Origin: Comamonadaceae bacterium | GTDB lineage: Bacteria; Pseudomonadota; Gammaproteobacteria; Burkholderiales; Burkholderiaceae_C | Length of the DNA stretch: 64,000 nt | Assembly (NCBI GenBank): GCA_947373185.1 | Contig: CANBWP010000013.1 | Coordinates: forward strand, 6,797-70,796 | Direction of reading: 5' to 3' | Shown: positions 17,670 through 26,629 of the stretch, piece after piece | Position numbering within the stretch: the first letter of the stretch is position 1 | Layout: every line of letters begins with the position of its first letter | Position numbers and translations under genes: made by a program | Notes under the pieces: generated by a model | Database searches by the model: none | Told to the model about the DNA's origin: nothing | What the model saw: the letters and a program-made list of their open reading frames with translations, nothing else

Positions 17670-18200
17670 ATGAGTCACAATCTGGCCCAATCACACACCA
17701 TGCATCGCCCCATGACACACTCTCATTGCCACAAGCGCGCCCTGCTTTCAAACTTTGTTCGCACTGGGCTTGCCAGCCTTGCGTTTGGTTTTTTGACGAC
17801 CGCTGTTGTTGCGCAAAACGCACCGCAAACCCAATTGCCCCGGGTCACTTTGAATGCGGGTATGCATTTGATACAAGTTCAATTGGCGCAAGATTTTGAG
17901 CAACGTCAGATGGGGCTGATGTGGCGCAAAGAAATGCCCCAAAACGAAGGCATGTTGTTTGTATTTGAGCAGCCAGGCGTTCAATGCTTTTGGATGCGCA
18001 ACACCCTTTTGCCACTTTCAGCCGCCTTTGTCGCCGATGACGGCACCATCGTCAACCTGGTCGACATGAAGCCCCAGAGTGACGATTCTCACTGCTCCAA
18101 GAAACCTGTGCGCTATGTTTTGGAAATGAACCAAGGCTGGTTTGCCAAACGCAACATACCAGCCGGCTTCAAACTCTCAGGTCCCGGTTTTTTCAAATAA
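17670..18200 (+). CDS. DUF192-domain protein (secreted)
   Basis: RQMGLMWRKEMPQNEGMLFVF...FWMRNTLLPLSAAF is a typical DUF192 pattern. The start may be an internal Met at 17700 or 17712. Confidence 0.75.
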   Translation: MSHNLAQSHTMHRPMTHSHCHKRALLSNFVRTGLASLAFGFLTTAVVAQNAPQTQLPRVTLNAGMHLIQVQLAQDFEQRQMGLMWRKEMPQNEGMLFVFEQPGVQCFWMRNTLLPLSAAFVADDGTIVNLVDMKPQSDDSHCSKKPVRYVLEMNQGWFAKRNIPAGFKLSGPGFFK

Positions 18201-18225
18201 ATTGAAAAGCATTTGCAAACTTGGT

Positions 18226-18510
18226 TTAAACACCCCAAACCACATCCGCTGATTTGTCCATGCATTGCTTGAGCATTTTGAGCATGGGTTGACTGCGATG
18301 CTTCAGGGCAATGTGTTGGGGATCCGATGGGCCGTCGACTTCTTCTTTGGCCACTGCCGCCTCCAGGGCGGCAAGGGCGTCTGGTATTTGGGCCACCAAG
18401 AAAATGCCCTTGTCCTGACCTTCTCGGTTCATGATTTTGAGCAAGCGCTTGGCGTCGGGCTCTAGCATGATCAGATCGCCAGTGACTTTGGACTTGAATT
18501 TGTAGAGCAT
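18226..18510 (-). CDS. DUF1840-domain protein
   Basis: 94 aa. MLYKFKSKVTGDLIMLEPDAKRLLKIM matches the DUF1840 N-terminal pattern as I recall it. Confidence 0.7.
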   Translation of the reverse strand: MLYKFKSKVTGDLIMLEPDAKRLLKIMNREGQDKGIFLVAQIPDALAALEAAVAKEEVDGPSDPQHIALKHRSQPMLKMLKQCMDKSADVVWGV

Positions 18511-18525
18511 GAGTGGCCTTCGACC

Positions 18526-19536
18526 TTATCTGACACAGTAATAATGAAAGTGCTGACCTGGAAACTCTGAGACAGAACGGACTGGCGAAGGATTGGGTAA
18601 ATCTGGCGCCATCACCATGTTGCCGGCCATTGCCCAAAGTTTGCTGCGTGAGCAATTGACGCCACCATTCCAGTCGCCCAAATTGGACAAGTACTCATAC
18701 TCTGCTTCGGTCGGCAAACGTGCCTGGACGGCTTGACAAGCCATTTCGGCAGAACGCGGCGATGGCGAACGGCCAATGGCAGAGCCTGCGGCCCCCACCA
18801 ATTCCAACACTTTGTTGCCCATTTTGACTTTGGATGGAAATTGGGTTTGCTGGAAGGTTTCGAACACTTGCTGGCCAATGCTTTGCATGACTTGTTCAGG
18901 AAAACCTTGGGCTTGAAAATGGTAGGTGTTGCCACATGACAAATCAATGTGCAAGGTCACCAACAAATCGCCACGGCAAGTGGGCGCATAAGAATAAGTG
19001 CCATAGGCCACGCCCGACAATGCGCGCATGACCAAGGGGTCCCAAGCCACCTGCTTTTGAGGTTCACGCAGCAGCTTGACCAACTCTTTAAGCGGCGCTG
19101 GATTGAAAAAATTGAAGCGCCGCGTTAAGGGTCGTCGATCTCGATAGACTTTGTCCAAAGAGGCTTTGAAAGTGCCTGCCAACATGACATCCATGCCAGG
19201 GCTGCTGCCCGCCACGCGCCGTTGGTCATTGAGTTGATCATCCATGGCCGTCAGCAGCGCGACCACCTCGCGCGAATCCAGCCCATCCCGCAACAAGCCG
19301 CGAACGCTCTGCGTTAAATCGACCATTTGCTCGGTTTTGGTGCGACCATATGCGTCGTGGTACTGGCATAAGTCTTTGCCCCGAACAAATGGAATGTGCG
19401 GCCAGATGTTGACAATGGCCGGCGGTGTGGCCGTGCCGCTGATGCTCACGCCAGGTGGAGGATTGCCATTTTGAGCCGCGGCTGAGCTCAAAAGCTGTGC
19501 CAGCAGCCAGGCCAGCACCCCAAAAATACGAATCAT
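18526..19536 (-). CDS. Secreted hypothetical protein with a C-terminal FGE/C-type-lectin-like motif
   Basis: Signal peptide MIRIFGVLAWLLAQLLSSAAAQ (the ORF could start at 19557). C-terminal ARLPTEAEYEYL...WNGG resembles the ARLPTEAEWE signature of FGE-sulfatase-fold domains. Confidence 0.6.
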   Translation of the reverse strand: MIRIFGVLAWLLAQLLSSAAAQNGNPPPGVSISGTATPPAIVNIWPHIPFVRGKDLCQYHDAYGRTKTEQMVDLTQSVRGLLRDGLDSREVVALLTAMDDQLNDQRRVAGSSPGMDVMLAGTFKASLDKVYRDRRPLTRRFNFFNPAPLKELVKLLREPQKQVAWDPLVMRALSGVAYGTYSYAPTCRGDLLVTLHIDLSCGNTYHFQAQGFPEQVMQSIGQQVFETFQQTQFPSKVKMGNKVLELVGAAGSAIGRSPSPRSAEMACQAVQARLPTEAEYEYLSNLGDWNGGVNCSRSKLWAMAGNMVMAPDLPNPSPVRSVSEFPGQHFHYYCVR

Positions 19537-19592
19537 ATGAACCTCAACCCTCTGCACAATTTCTCACTTGAATAAATATATAGTACACCCCC

Positions 19593-20438
19593 ATGAACCT
19601 CCAAGATCGATTTTTGATGGCCGGTGTCATGGGTTGGCCCGTGATGCACTCCCGTTCACCCCTCATGCACAACCATTGGTTTGCACAAGAAAAACTCAAA
19701 GGTGTTTATGTGCCGCTGGCCATTCAACCGGAGAACTTGGAAGCTGCGCTGCGCGGCCTGCATGCCTTGGGGTTTTCAGGCTGCAACCTGACCATTCCCC
19801 ATAAACAAAACGCCCTGCGGATTGTGGACGAGGTGGATCTGATTGCTCAAAAAATGGGCGCCATCAGCTGCGTGGCGGTCCAAAAAGATGGCCGCTTGGT
19901 CGGCACCAACAACGATGCGCCAGGCTTCATTCGCAACGTCAAAGAGTTTCAACCCCATTGGCGTGCAGACCGAGGTCCCATCGTCGTGATTGGCGCAGGC
20001 GGTGGCTCTCGAGCGGTTTGTCAGGGCCTCATCATGGAAGGCGCCCAAGAGATTCGACTGGTCAATCGCAGCATGGAACGTGCTCAAACGGTCATGTCAC
20101 AGCTGGGGGGGCCCATTCAATGTCATTCGTGGTCAGACCGAAACGACCTGATGCAAGGCGCAGCCATGGTGGTCAACACCACCAGCCAAGGCATGATCGG
20201 ACAGACAGCTTTGGATGTTCAGTTGGACAAGTTGCCCACAGATGCTTTGGTCACGGACATTGTCTACACCCCCATGGAAACGCCCTTTTTGGCGCAAGCC
20301 CGAAGGCGCGGCAATCCGACGCTGAACGGCCTGGGCATGCTCTTGCATCAAGGTCCATTGGGCTGGAAAGCTTGGTTTGGCATTGAGCCTCAAGTGACGC
20401 CAGCACTGCGCCAACTTTTAGAGCAAAGTCTGACTTAA
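19593..20438 (+). CDS. aroE: Shikimate dehydrogenase
   Basis: 281 aa with GVMGWPVMHSRSPLMHNHWF...NLTIPHK...NNDAPGF...VIGAGGGSRAV. Confidence 0.92.
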   Translation: MNLQDRFLMAGVMGWPVMHSRSPLMHNHWFAQEKLKGVYVPLAIQPENLEAALRGLHALGFSGCNLTIPHKQNALRIVDEVDLIAQKMGAISCVAVQKDGRLVGTNNDAPGFIRNVKEFQPHWRADRGPIVVIGAGGGSRAVCQGLIMEGAQEIRLVNRSMERAQTVMSQLGGPIQCHSWSDRNDLMQGAAMVVNTTSQGMIGQTALDVQLDKLPTDALVTDIVYTPMETPFLAQARRRGNPTLNGLGMLLHQGPLGWKAWFGIEPQVTPALRQLLEQSLT

Positions 20439-20489
20439 ATCAAATTGGAAACCCTGCGGACACAAAACCCGCAAGGTCTGAACGTCGCT

Positions 20490-21167
20490 TCAGTTGCCCA
20501 ATTTGGCTTTGAAGTGATCCCAGCAGCGCTGGAACAACACGTCGCTCCACAACTTTTCGCGGCACATTTGAATTTCGTGCTCGCTGAAAATATAGGGTGA
20601 TCCCAATTGCATCGCCATGTACTGGCGGTGTGCGTTCTCTTCCATGTAGTTGGCCAGGACAAAGGCTTCCCGAATGTTTTGCCCCACCGTGACAGCGCCA
20701 TGGGCTTTCAACAAAGCGGCAGGACGATCGCCCAAAGTGGCGGCCAAGCGGTCTGCCATGTTTTTGTTGTTGATGGAGTTGGGTGAGTCAAGCAATGGCA
20801 CGGGGTAGACCAAAGAGCCCTGTCCATAAACTGGCAAATAATCTTTGCCCGCCATGGTGAGGTAGGTCGACCATTTGGGATGCGCATGCACCACCGCTTT
20901 CACGTCAGGACGGACTCTGTAAATACCGGCATGCAGGTGAAACTCAAGCGGTGGTTTGCCAGCCCCCTCAATGACTTGCCCTTCCATGTCAATGGTGCAA
21001 ATGTCATTGACGGTCAATTGGCTTCTTTGGCAAGCGCCAGTGTTGATCAACAGGGTGTTGTTGGGCAAGCGGATGCTGGCATGACCGTTGAAGTCAATGA
21101 TGTCTTGCGACTCCAACATGCGAATGCAGTCGACCAGTTGTTGTTTCAGTTCCAGTGTTTCAGACAT
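20490..21167 (-). CDS. Class II aldolase/adducin-family protein
   Basis: 225 aa. His pattern EFHLHAGIY...VVHAHP...LKAHGA. Lies immediately downstream of the PhtD-like gene. Confidence 0.85.
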   Translation of the reverse strand: MSETLELKQQLVDCIRMLESQDIIDFNGHASIRLPNNTLLINTGACQRSQLTVNDICTIDMEGQVIEGAGKPPLEFHLHAGIYRVRPDVKAVVHAHPKWSTYLTMAGKDYLPVYGQGSLVYPVPLLDSPNSINNKNMADRLAATLGDRPAALLKAHGAVTVGQNIREAFVLANYMEENAHRQYMAMQLGSPYIFSEHEIQMCREKLWSDVLFQRCWDHFKAKLGN

Positions 21168-21183
21168 GGCTCAAGCTTTCAGT

Positions 21184-22173
21184 TTAAATAACGACCTTGG
21201 TCATCATGCCTTGCGGGAAAATTTCTTCTGGTGTGAATTCGCGGTGGGCAATGCCCTGCTGGAAGGTGTACTTGGCCATCAACTCCCATGTCGGGCGATT
21301 CTCTTCAATGCCAAAGGGGAAGGTGTCGCCTTCAAATTTGTCGCGCATCTTGCGGGCATAGGTCGCCAACCAGGGCAATGGATAGCGAGACACTGCGGGG
21401 TCCATCAAGCGCTCAATGCTGCGACGTTTGGACTCTTGAAAGGCATTGAACAAATTGCGGGGCACCCATGGATTCGCCTCCACCACGCTCTTTTTCATGG
21501 CGATGATGTGCATGATGGGCCAGACCTTGGTGCGGGCGAAATACTCGTCTTCCATGTCCAAGAAATCTGGGAAGAGTCGCTCCACATCGGGGTGATTCTC
21601 TAAAAAGCAAGTGGGCGGACGCGCAATGATGGCGCAATCAATCTCACCAGAGGCCAGCATGTCGCTCAATGATTTGTCAGCCACTCGGGTCAACTTCACA
21701 CCTTCGGGCAAGGTGATTTCCACTTTCTCTTCACGGCCCGGCGCATTGGCGCCAGCTTGGTACCAATGCACGTCTTGCAGTTTCACGCCCATGTCGTTGT
21801 GCAGCCAGCCGCGCATGTACACAGCCGCGGAATGAGCCCACTCCGGTGAACCGACTTTTTTACCGATCAAGTCTTTGGCCGATTTGATGCCTGATTTTTT
21901 ATTGACATAAAACGAGCTGAAGCGAAACAAGCGGGAGCATACGATGGGCAAACCAATGATGTCGCTGTCAGGCCGTGTCACTTGGGTGCTGAACTTGGCA
22001 AACGACAGTTCGGAAATATCGAACTCACGGTTGGCGGTGAAGCGGGCAAAGCACTCGTGGTGACCCAAATTCAACCAGTTCAGGTCAATGCCTTCAGGTT
22101 TGACGAAACCCATGCGGATGTCGCGAAAATGATCGTAATCGGTGGTGGCAATGGACAGATTGAGAAGTGACAT
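21184..22173 (-). CDS. 4,5-dihydroxyphthalate decarboxylase-like protein (PBP-fold, cytoplasmic)
   Basis: 329 aa, no signal peptide. LSIATTDYDHFRD...EFDISELSFAKF...SRLFRFSSFYVN..SGIKSAKDLIGKKVG...SDMLASGEIDCAIIARPP...WPIMH...LPW matches the PhtD/Pht5 family pattern from memory. Confidence 0.7.
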   Translation of the reverse strand: MSLLNLSIATTDYDHFRDIRMGFVKPEGIDLNWLNLGHHECFARFTANREFDISELSFAKFSTQVTRPDSDIIGLPIVCSRLFRFSSFYVNKKSGIKSAKDLIGKKVGSPEWAHSAAVYMRGWLHNDMGVKLQDVHWYQAGANAPGREEKVEITLPEGVKLTRVADKSLSDMLASGEIDCAIIARPPTCFLENHPDVERLFPDFLDMEDEYFARTKVWPIMHIIAMKKSVVEANPWVPRNLFNAFQESKRRSIERLMDPAVSRYPLPWLATYARKMRDKFEGDTFPFGIEENRPTWELMAKYTFQQGIAHREFTPEEIFPQGMMTKVVI

Positions 22174-22252
22174 TGAAGCGCTTTACAGAGGGTCTAAATG
22201 GAAACATCAGTTTATCTGAAGGGCTTGTACGCTGTGTGAGGGCTCGGCACAA

Positions 22253-22300
22253 GTCAAACCATATGTCAAACCATACGTCAAGCCACAAGCCAAGCCAGAA
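22253..22300. repeat. Decaying 12-bp tandem repeat x4 (GTCAAACCATAT / GTCAAACCATAC / GTCAAGCCACAA / GCCAAGCCAGAA)
   Basis: Read directly from the sequence. Intergenic: 80-127 nt upstream of the start at 22173 and 33 nt downstream of the stop at 22333. Confidence 0.9.
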
Positions 22301-22332
22301 CCTGCGTCCTATCATGCCCCACAAGCAAGGGC

Positions 22333-23955
22333 TTAACCCGCAGGCAAACGAAAACTGTCGCCCTTGGCCAATGTCCAATACTTGTCAAACAAGCCCTGCA
22401 AAGGCGTGTCATTCAGCAATTCGCCGTTGCCGATGCTGGGCATCAAGTCGGACAGTGGCTGAACCTCATGCTCGCTGACGCGGCGCATGATGTGCTGCAG
22501 GCGCAGGTCTGCCGGGCTCGACAAGCCAGTGGCTTGCAACATCTCTTTCAAAGACTCTAAAGTTTGACGGTGAAAATTTCTCACACGTTCCGCCTTGGTC
22601 GGAACCACCAGCGCAATCTGCCGTTTGGGATCTTGCGTGGTCACCCCCGTTGGGCAATTGCCCGTATGGCAGGTTTGCGCCTGAATACAACCCAGCGCGA
22701 ACATGAAGCCACGTGCACTGTTGCACCAATCGGCACCCAAAGCCAAGGTGCGCATCACATCAAAGGCGCTGATGATTTTGCCGCTCGCGCCAATGCGAAT
22801 GTGTTGTCGCAGGTTCAAGCCCACCAAGGTGTTGTGCACCAAGCGCAGGCCTTCCAACATGGGCATGCCCATGTGGTCTGTGAACTCAACAGGCGCCGCG
22901 CCCGTGCCGCCTTCTGCACCATCGACCACGATGAAGTCGGGCAGGATGCCGGTGCTTTGCATGGCTTTGGCAATGCCAAACCACTCCCAAGGATGGCCAA
23001 TGCACAACTTGAAGCCAACAGGTTTACCTTCACTCAACGCCCGCAACGATTGCACAAATTGAAGCAATTCTGTGGGCGTAGAAAAACTGCTGTGCGCAGC
23101 CGGCGACACACAGTCAACGCCCACAGACACTCCCCGTGCCTCCGCTATTTCGGGGGTCACTTTGGGCCCAGGCAACACACCGCCATGGCCTGGCTTGGCA
23201 CCTTGACTCAACTTGATCTCAATCATTTTGACTTGCGGCGCCAGCGCATTCTTTTGGAAGCGCTCGGCATTGAACGTGCCATCGTCGTTGCGGCAACCAA
23301 AGTAGCCCGAACCAATTTCCCAAATCAAATCACCGCCATGTTCCCGGTGGTACCGTGAAATTGAGCCCTCTCCCGTGTCGTGCGCAAAGCCACCTTGTTT
23401 GGCGCCCAAATTCAAGGCCATGATGGCATTGGCACTGAGTGCGCCAAAGCTCATGGCCGATACATTGAACAAGCTGATGTCGTAGGGCTGCGTGCACAGG
23501 GCGCCGCCTACCTTGACCCGAAAATCATGTGATGCAATGACCGAGGGACTGATGGAATGCGTCAACCATTCGTAGCCTGTGGCATGCACATCCATTTGGG
23601 TGCCGAAGGGGCGTTTGTCAGACTCTCCTTTGGCACGGGCATAGACCAAGGAGCGCTGCGAGCGAGAGAACGGCACTGCATCGCCATCGCCTTCAATGAA
23701 ATACTGACGCAACTCAGGCCGAATGAACTCCAAGACAAAGCGCAAATGACCCAAGATGGGGTAATTGCGCAAAATGGCATGCTTGCTTTGCTGCAGGTCA
23801 TACACCCCCAGTGCCACCAAGCCTGTGAGGCAAAAGACCCACAAGAAACTGGCTTGCCCCACGACCAACTGCAAAGCAGAAATGACCCAAAGTGCCACGA
23901 TGCTGAAAAACGCGATGTATCGCACGGGCACACGCTGATCGATCCAATTCAACAT
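22333..23955 (-). CDS. FMN-binding glutamate-synthase-family protein (GltB FMN-domain homolog) with N-terminal membrane helices
   Basis: 540 aa. Hydrophobic N-terminus, then GAKPGHGGVLPG...VVDGAEGGTGAAP, typical of glutamate synthase domain 2. Confidence 0.88.
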   Translation of the reverse strand: MLNWIDQRVPVRYIAFFSIVALWVISALQLVVGQASFLWVFCLTGLVALGVYDLQQSKHAILRNYPILGHLRFVLEFIRPELRQYFIEGDGDAVPFSRSQRSLVYARAKGESDKRPFGTQMDVHATGYEWLTHSISPSVIASHDFRVKVGGALCTQPYDISLFNVSAMSFGALSANAIMALNLGAKQGGFAHDTGEGSISRYHREHGGDLIWEIGSGYFGCRNDDGTFNAERFQKNALAPQVKMIEIKLSQGAKPGHGGVLPGPKVTPEIAEARGVSVGVDCVSPAAHSSFSTPTELLQFVQSLRALSEGKPVGFKLCIGHPWEWFGIAKAMQSTGILPDFIVVDGAEGGTGAAPVEFTDHMGMPMLEGLRLVHNTLVGLNLRQHIRIGASGKIISAFDVMRTLALGADWCNSARGFMFALGCIQAQTCHTGNCPTGVTTQDPKRQIALVVPTKAERVRNFHRQTLESLKEMLQATGLSSPADLRLQHIMRRVSEHEVQPLSDLMPSIGNGELLNDTPLQGLFDKYWTLAKGDSFRLPAG

Positions 23956-23985
23956 CTTCAGGTCCTCTGTGTTTTCAGTGATTTT

Positions 23986-24492
23986 TTAAATCTTGCCTAA
24001 GTAATCGGCTTTGCCAATTTCAACACCGCTGGCGCGCAACATGCTGTACGTGGTGGTGGTGTGGAAGTACAAGTTGGGCAAACCGTGACCCAATAAAAAC
24101 TGCATGCCCTTGTAGTGCGTTTCTTTGTCTCCGCGCTTGACCACAATGTCTTTGTCTTCGGTGCCGTCAATTTGTTCTGGCTTGAATGTTTCCAAAAACG
24201 CAATGGTTTTGGCGATGCGCGCTTGCAAATCCTTCAAATCTTTTTCGGTGTCGTCATGGGCTGGGATCTCGACGCCGGCCAATCTGGCAACCAAACCTTT
24301 GGACACATCGCATGCAATTTGCACTTGGCGGCTCAGAGGAAACATGTCGGGATAAAGGCGCATGCTGGCAAAGACCACGGGGTCAATTTTCTTGACTTCT
24401 GCATGCGCTTGGGCTTTGCCCAAGAGGTTCGACAAATTGGTCAAACCATTGATCAAACGGGGCACGCTGGCCTGGTACATGGAAATGTGCAT
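23986..24492 (-). CDS. DUF1993-domain protein
   Basis: 168 aa. The N-terminus MYQASVPRLINGLTNLSNLL...MRLYPDMFPL is DUF1993-like. Confidence 0.7.
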   Translation of the reverse strand: MHISMYQASVPRLINGLTNLSNLLGKAQAHAEVKKIDPVVFASMRLYPDMFPLSRQVQIACDVSKGLVARLAGVEIPAHDDTEKDLKDLQARIAKTIAFLETFKPEQIDGTEDKDIVVKRGDKETHYKGMQFLLGHGLPNLYFHTTTTYSMLRASGVEIGKADYLGKI

Positions 24493-24504
24493 GGAATACT
24501 CCTG

Positions 24505-25920
24505 TTAAAAAAATGAGACAGCTGGGGCCAAGCAGCCGTGCGGCGTCTCGCCGGCCCCCAGGTCCCAATACAAGCCAGTCATGACCTGCAATGCTTCCCG
24601 CAGCAAAGCTGGCGGCAAGTGTTCGTTGGGGGCGTGCTGGGAGCAGCCCGGATAAGAATGTGGCACCCACACGGTTTTCAAACCCAGCACATCGGTAAAG
24701 ATGTCATTGGGCAAGGAGCCCCCCAGGTTGGGCAATATAGCGGGCGTTTTGTGGGTCGTGGCTTGTAAGGACTTGGCGGCCCAGCTGACCCATGCGTCGT
24801 CCGGGTCAATGCGGGTGGCCTTAAAGACCTCATCTCGCCCCGCAGTGATCTTCACAAAGCCAAATCCGTGGCGATCTAAATGGCGTCTCAGGGCGTTCAA
24901 AATATCTTCACTGTCAATGCCCACCACAAAGCGCAATTGGCAGGTGGCTTTGGCTCTCGGTGGAATGGCGTTCACGGGATGGTCTGGGTTGCCTGTTTGA
25001 AAGGCCAGCACCTCAAACGAGCTCCAACCAAACACCCGTTCAGCTGGACTCAAACCAGGCTGTCCCCAGTCAGGTTCAATGTCGGGGCCGTTGACGCCAC
25101 CATCCACTTCACAATCGGCCAAGACTCGGCGGACGGCTGCTGGCAACGCATCGGGTTTCCATTCTGGTACTTTGATTTCACCGCGCTCAGACACCACACA
25201 TGCAATGGCATGGGCCAACTGAATCCCAGGGTTGGAAATGAGGCCGCCCCAATTGCCCGAATGGTGAGCGCCAGCTCGGGACTCGATGCTGAGGTCGAAA
25301 TTGATGCAGCCCCTTGAGCCCAAGAAAATGGTGGGTCGCTCGGCACTCAAACGTGGGCCATCAGAGGCGATGAGCAAATCTGACTTGAACAAGTCTGTGT
25401 GCGCATGGCACAGGTCTTTCAGTCCGGGCGAACCCGTCTCTTCTCCCATTTCGATGATGTATTTGGCATTGAAGCCCAAATGCCCACGTTGTGCCAGCAC
25501 GCAAGCCAAGGCCTGCAGGTTGACCGAGTGCTGTCCTTTGTTGTCGGCAATGCCACGGCCGTACCATCGACCGTCCAATTCGGTCAGCGTCCAGGGGGAC
25601 ACGCCTTCCCGCCATTCTGACGCCAAGCCTCGAATGACATCACCATGGCCGTAGCCCAAGACGGTCGGAAAATCGGACGATTCGATGCGCTGGGCGAACA
25701 AAAACGGCGCCTTGGCTTTGGGATGCGTCAACAGTTGGCATTCAAAGCCCATGGCTTCAAAAACAGGCTGCAATGCCTCCGTCAAGTAGGCCAATAGTTC
25801 GTCGCTGCGTTCTGGATTTTGACTTTCGGTGGGTCTTTCAATCCTGGATTGGAGGGTCTGCTTGAAGCTGCCATCATCGAAAGCAGTCTGCGCCAGTTGA
25901 AGTGCGGCCTGTCGGGTCAT
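24505..25920 (-). CDS. M20-family metallopeptidase/dipeptidase
   Basis: 471 aa with LGYGHGDV...GRGIADNKG...EMGEETGS (the M20 metal-ligand pattern). Confidence 0.85.
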   Translation of the reverse strand: MTRQAALQLAQTAFDDGSFKQTLQSRIERPTESQNPERSDELLAYLTEALQPVFEAMGFECQLLTHPKAKAPFLFAQRIESSDFPTVLGYGHGDVIRGLASEWREGVSPWTLTELDGRWYGRGIADNKGQHSVNLQALACVLAQRGHLGFNAKYIIEMGEETGSPGLKDLCHAHTDLFKSDLLIASDGPRLSAERPTIFLGSRGCINFDLSIESRAGAHHSGNWGGLISNPGIQLAHAIACVVSERGEIKVPEWKPDALPAAVRRVLADCEVDGGVNGPDIEPDWGQPGLSPAERVFGWSSFEVLAFQTGNPDHPVNAIPPRAKATCQLRFVVGIDSEDILNALRRHLDRHGFGFVKITAGRDEVFKATRIDPDDAWVSWAAKSLQATTHKTPAILPNLGGSLPNDIFTDVLGLKTVWVPHSYPGCSQHAPNEHLPPALLREALQVMTGLYWDLGAGETPHGCLAPAVSFF

Positions 25921-26052
25921 GTCTCGTTTTCAAAACTGCAAAGTCAGCAGACTAACTCAATTTGAGAAATGGCGTCTTTACGCTGTACAAACTGGTATTT
26001 TCCAGCTCAAAATGGCGATTTAATTCTTATTACATTTTTAAACATATTGTTC

Positions 26053-26069
26053 ATCAACCTATAGTTGAT
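26053..26069. promoter_or_regulatory. Inverted repeat ATCAAC-N5-GTTGAT upstream of the cupin-selD-selU genes
   Basis: 6-bp arms read directly from the sequence, in an AT-rich 186-bp intergenic region 38 nt upstream of the ATG at 26107. Confidence 0.3.
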
Positions 26070-26106
26070 TAACAACCTGTCAATAAACTACCCGTTAAAG
26101 GAAATC

Positions 26107-26604
26107 ATGACTGAACATCGCCTCAGCCACCCTCACCCTGATGCACCCAAATGGAAACATGAAGGCGTTCGCGTTGTTCCTGGCAATCAGTTGGATGGCA
26201 ATGTGCCTTCCACGCCGGGCATGGACCGCAAAGCAGCCATTAACTTTGCTCGCGTTGGTGCCGAGAAGCTCTGGGCTGGCACAGTCACCATTCACGCCAA
26301 TGCCAAAACAGGTGCTCACCACCACGGCCCCTTAGAGAGCGTGATTTATGTCATCAAGGGACATGCCCGCATGCGTTGGGGCGATCATTTGGAATTCACG
26401 GCTGAAGCTGGCCCTGGGGATTTCATTTATGTCCCCCCCTACGTGCCCCACCAAGAGATCAATGCCAGCCCCACGGAGGTTTTGGAATGTGTGCTGTGCC
26501 GCAGCGACGGTCAGGCCGTGGCGGTGAACTTGGACATTGAACCCGTGGAAAAACCCGAGCAGGTGCTGTGGGTCGATCCAACACACCCCCACGGTGCGGT
26601 CTAG
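26107..26604 (+). CDS. Cupin-domain protein
   Basis: GAHHHGPLESVIYVIKG...GDFIYVPPYVPHQE is the two-motif cupin signature. AAAGGAAA lies upstream of the ATG at 26107. Confidence 0.8.
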   Translation: MTEHRLSHPHPDAPKWKHEGVRVVPGNQLDGNVPSTPGMDRKAAINFARVGAEKLWAGTVTIHANAKTGAHHHGPLESVIYVIKGHARMRWGDHLEFTAEAGPGDFIYVPPYVPHQEINASPTEVLECVLCRSDGQAVAVNLDIEPVEKPEQVLWVDPTHPHGAV

Positions 26605-26629
26605 GCCGGTTTGCCATAATCAAACCACC

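Noticed and set aside
26537-26629. An N-terminal extension of selD offered by the ORF track. Similar extensions occur at 26065, 29233, 32124, 33450, 54730, 55829, 58170 and 61539.
   Set aside because: The extensions overlap upstream genes or terminators and lack family-conserved sequence. Internal ATGs give canonical N-termini or signal peptides, often with ATGA/GTGA coupling or an SD.
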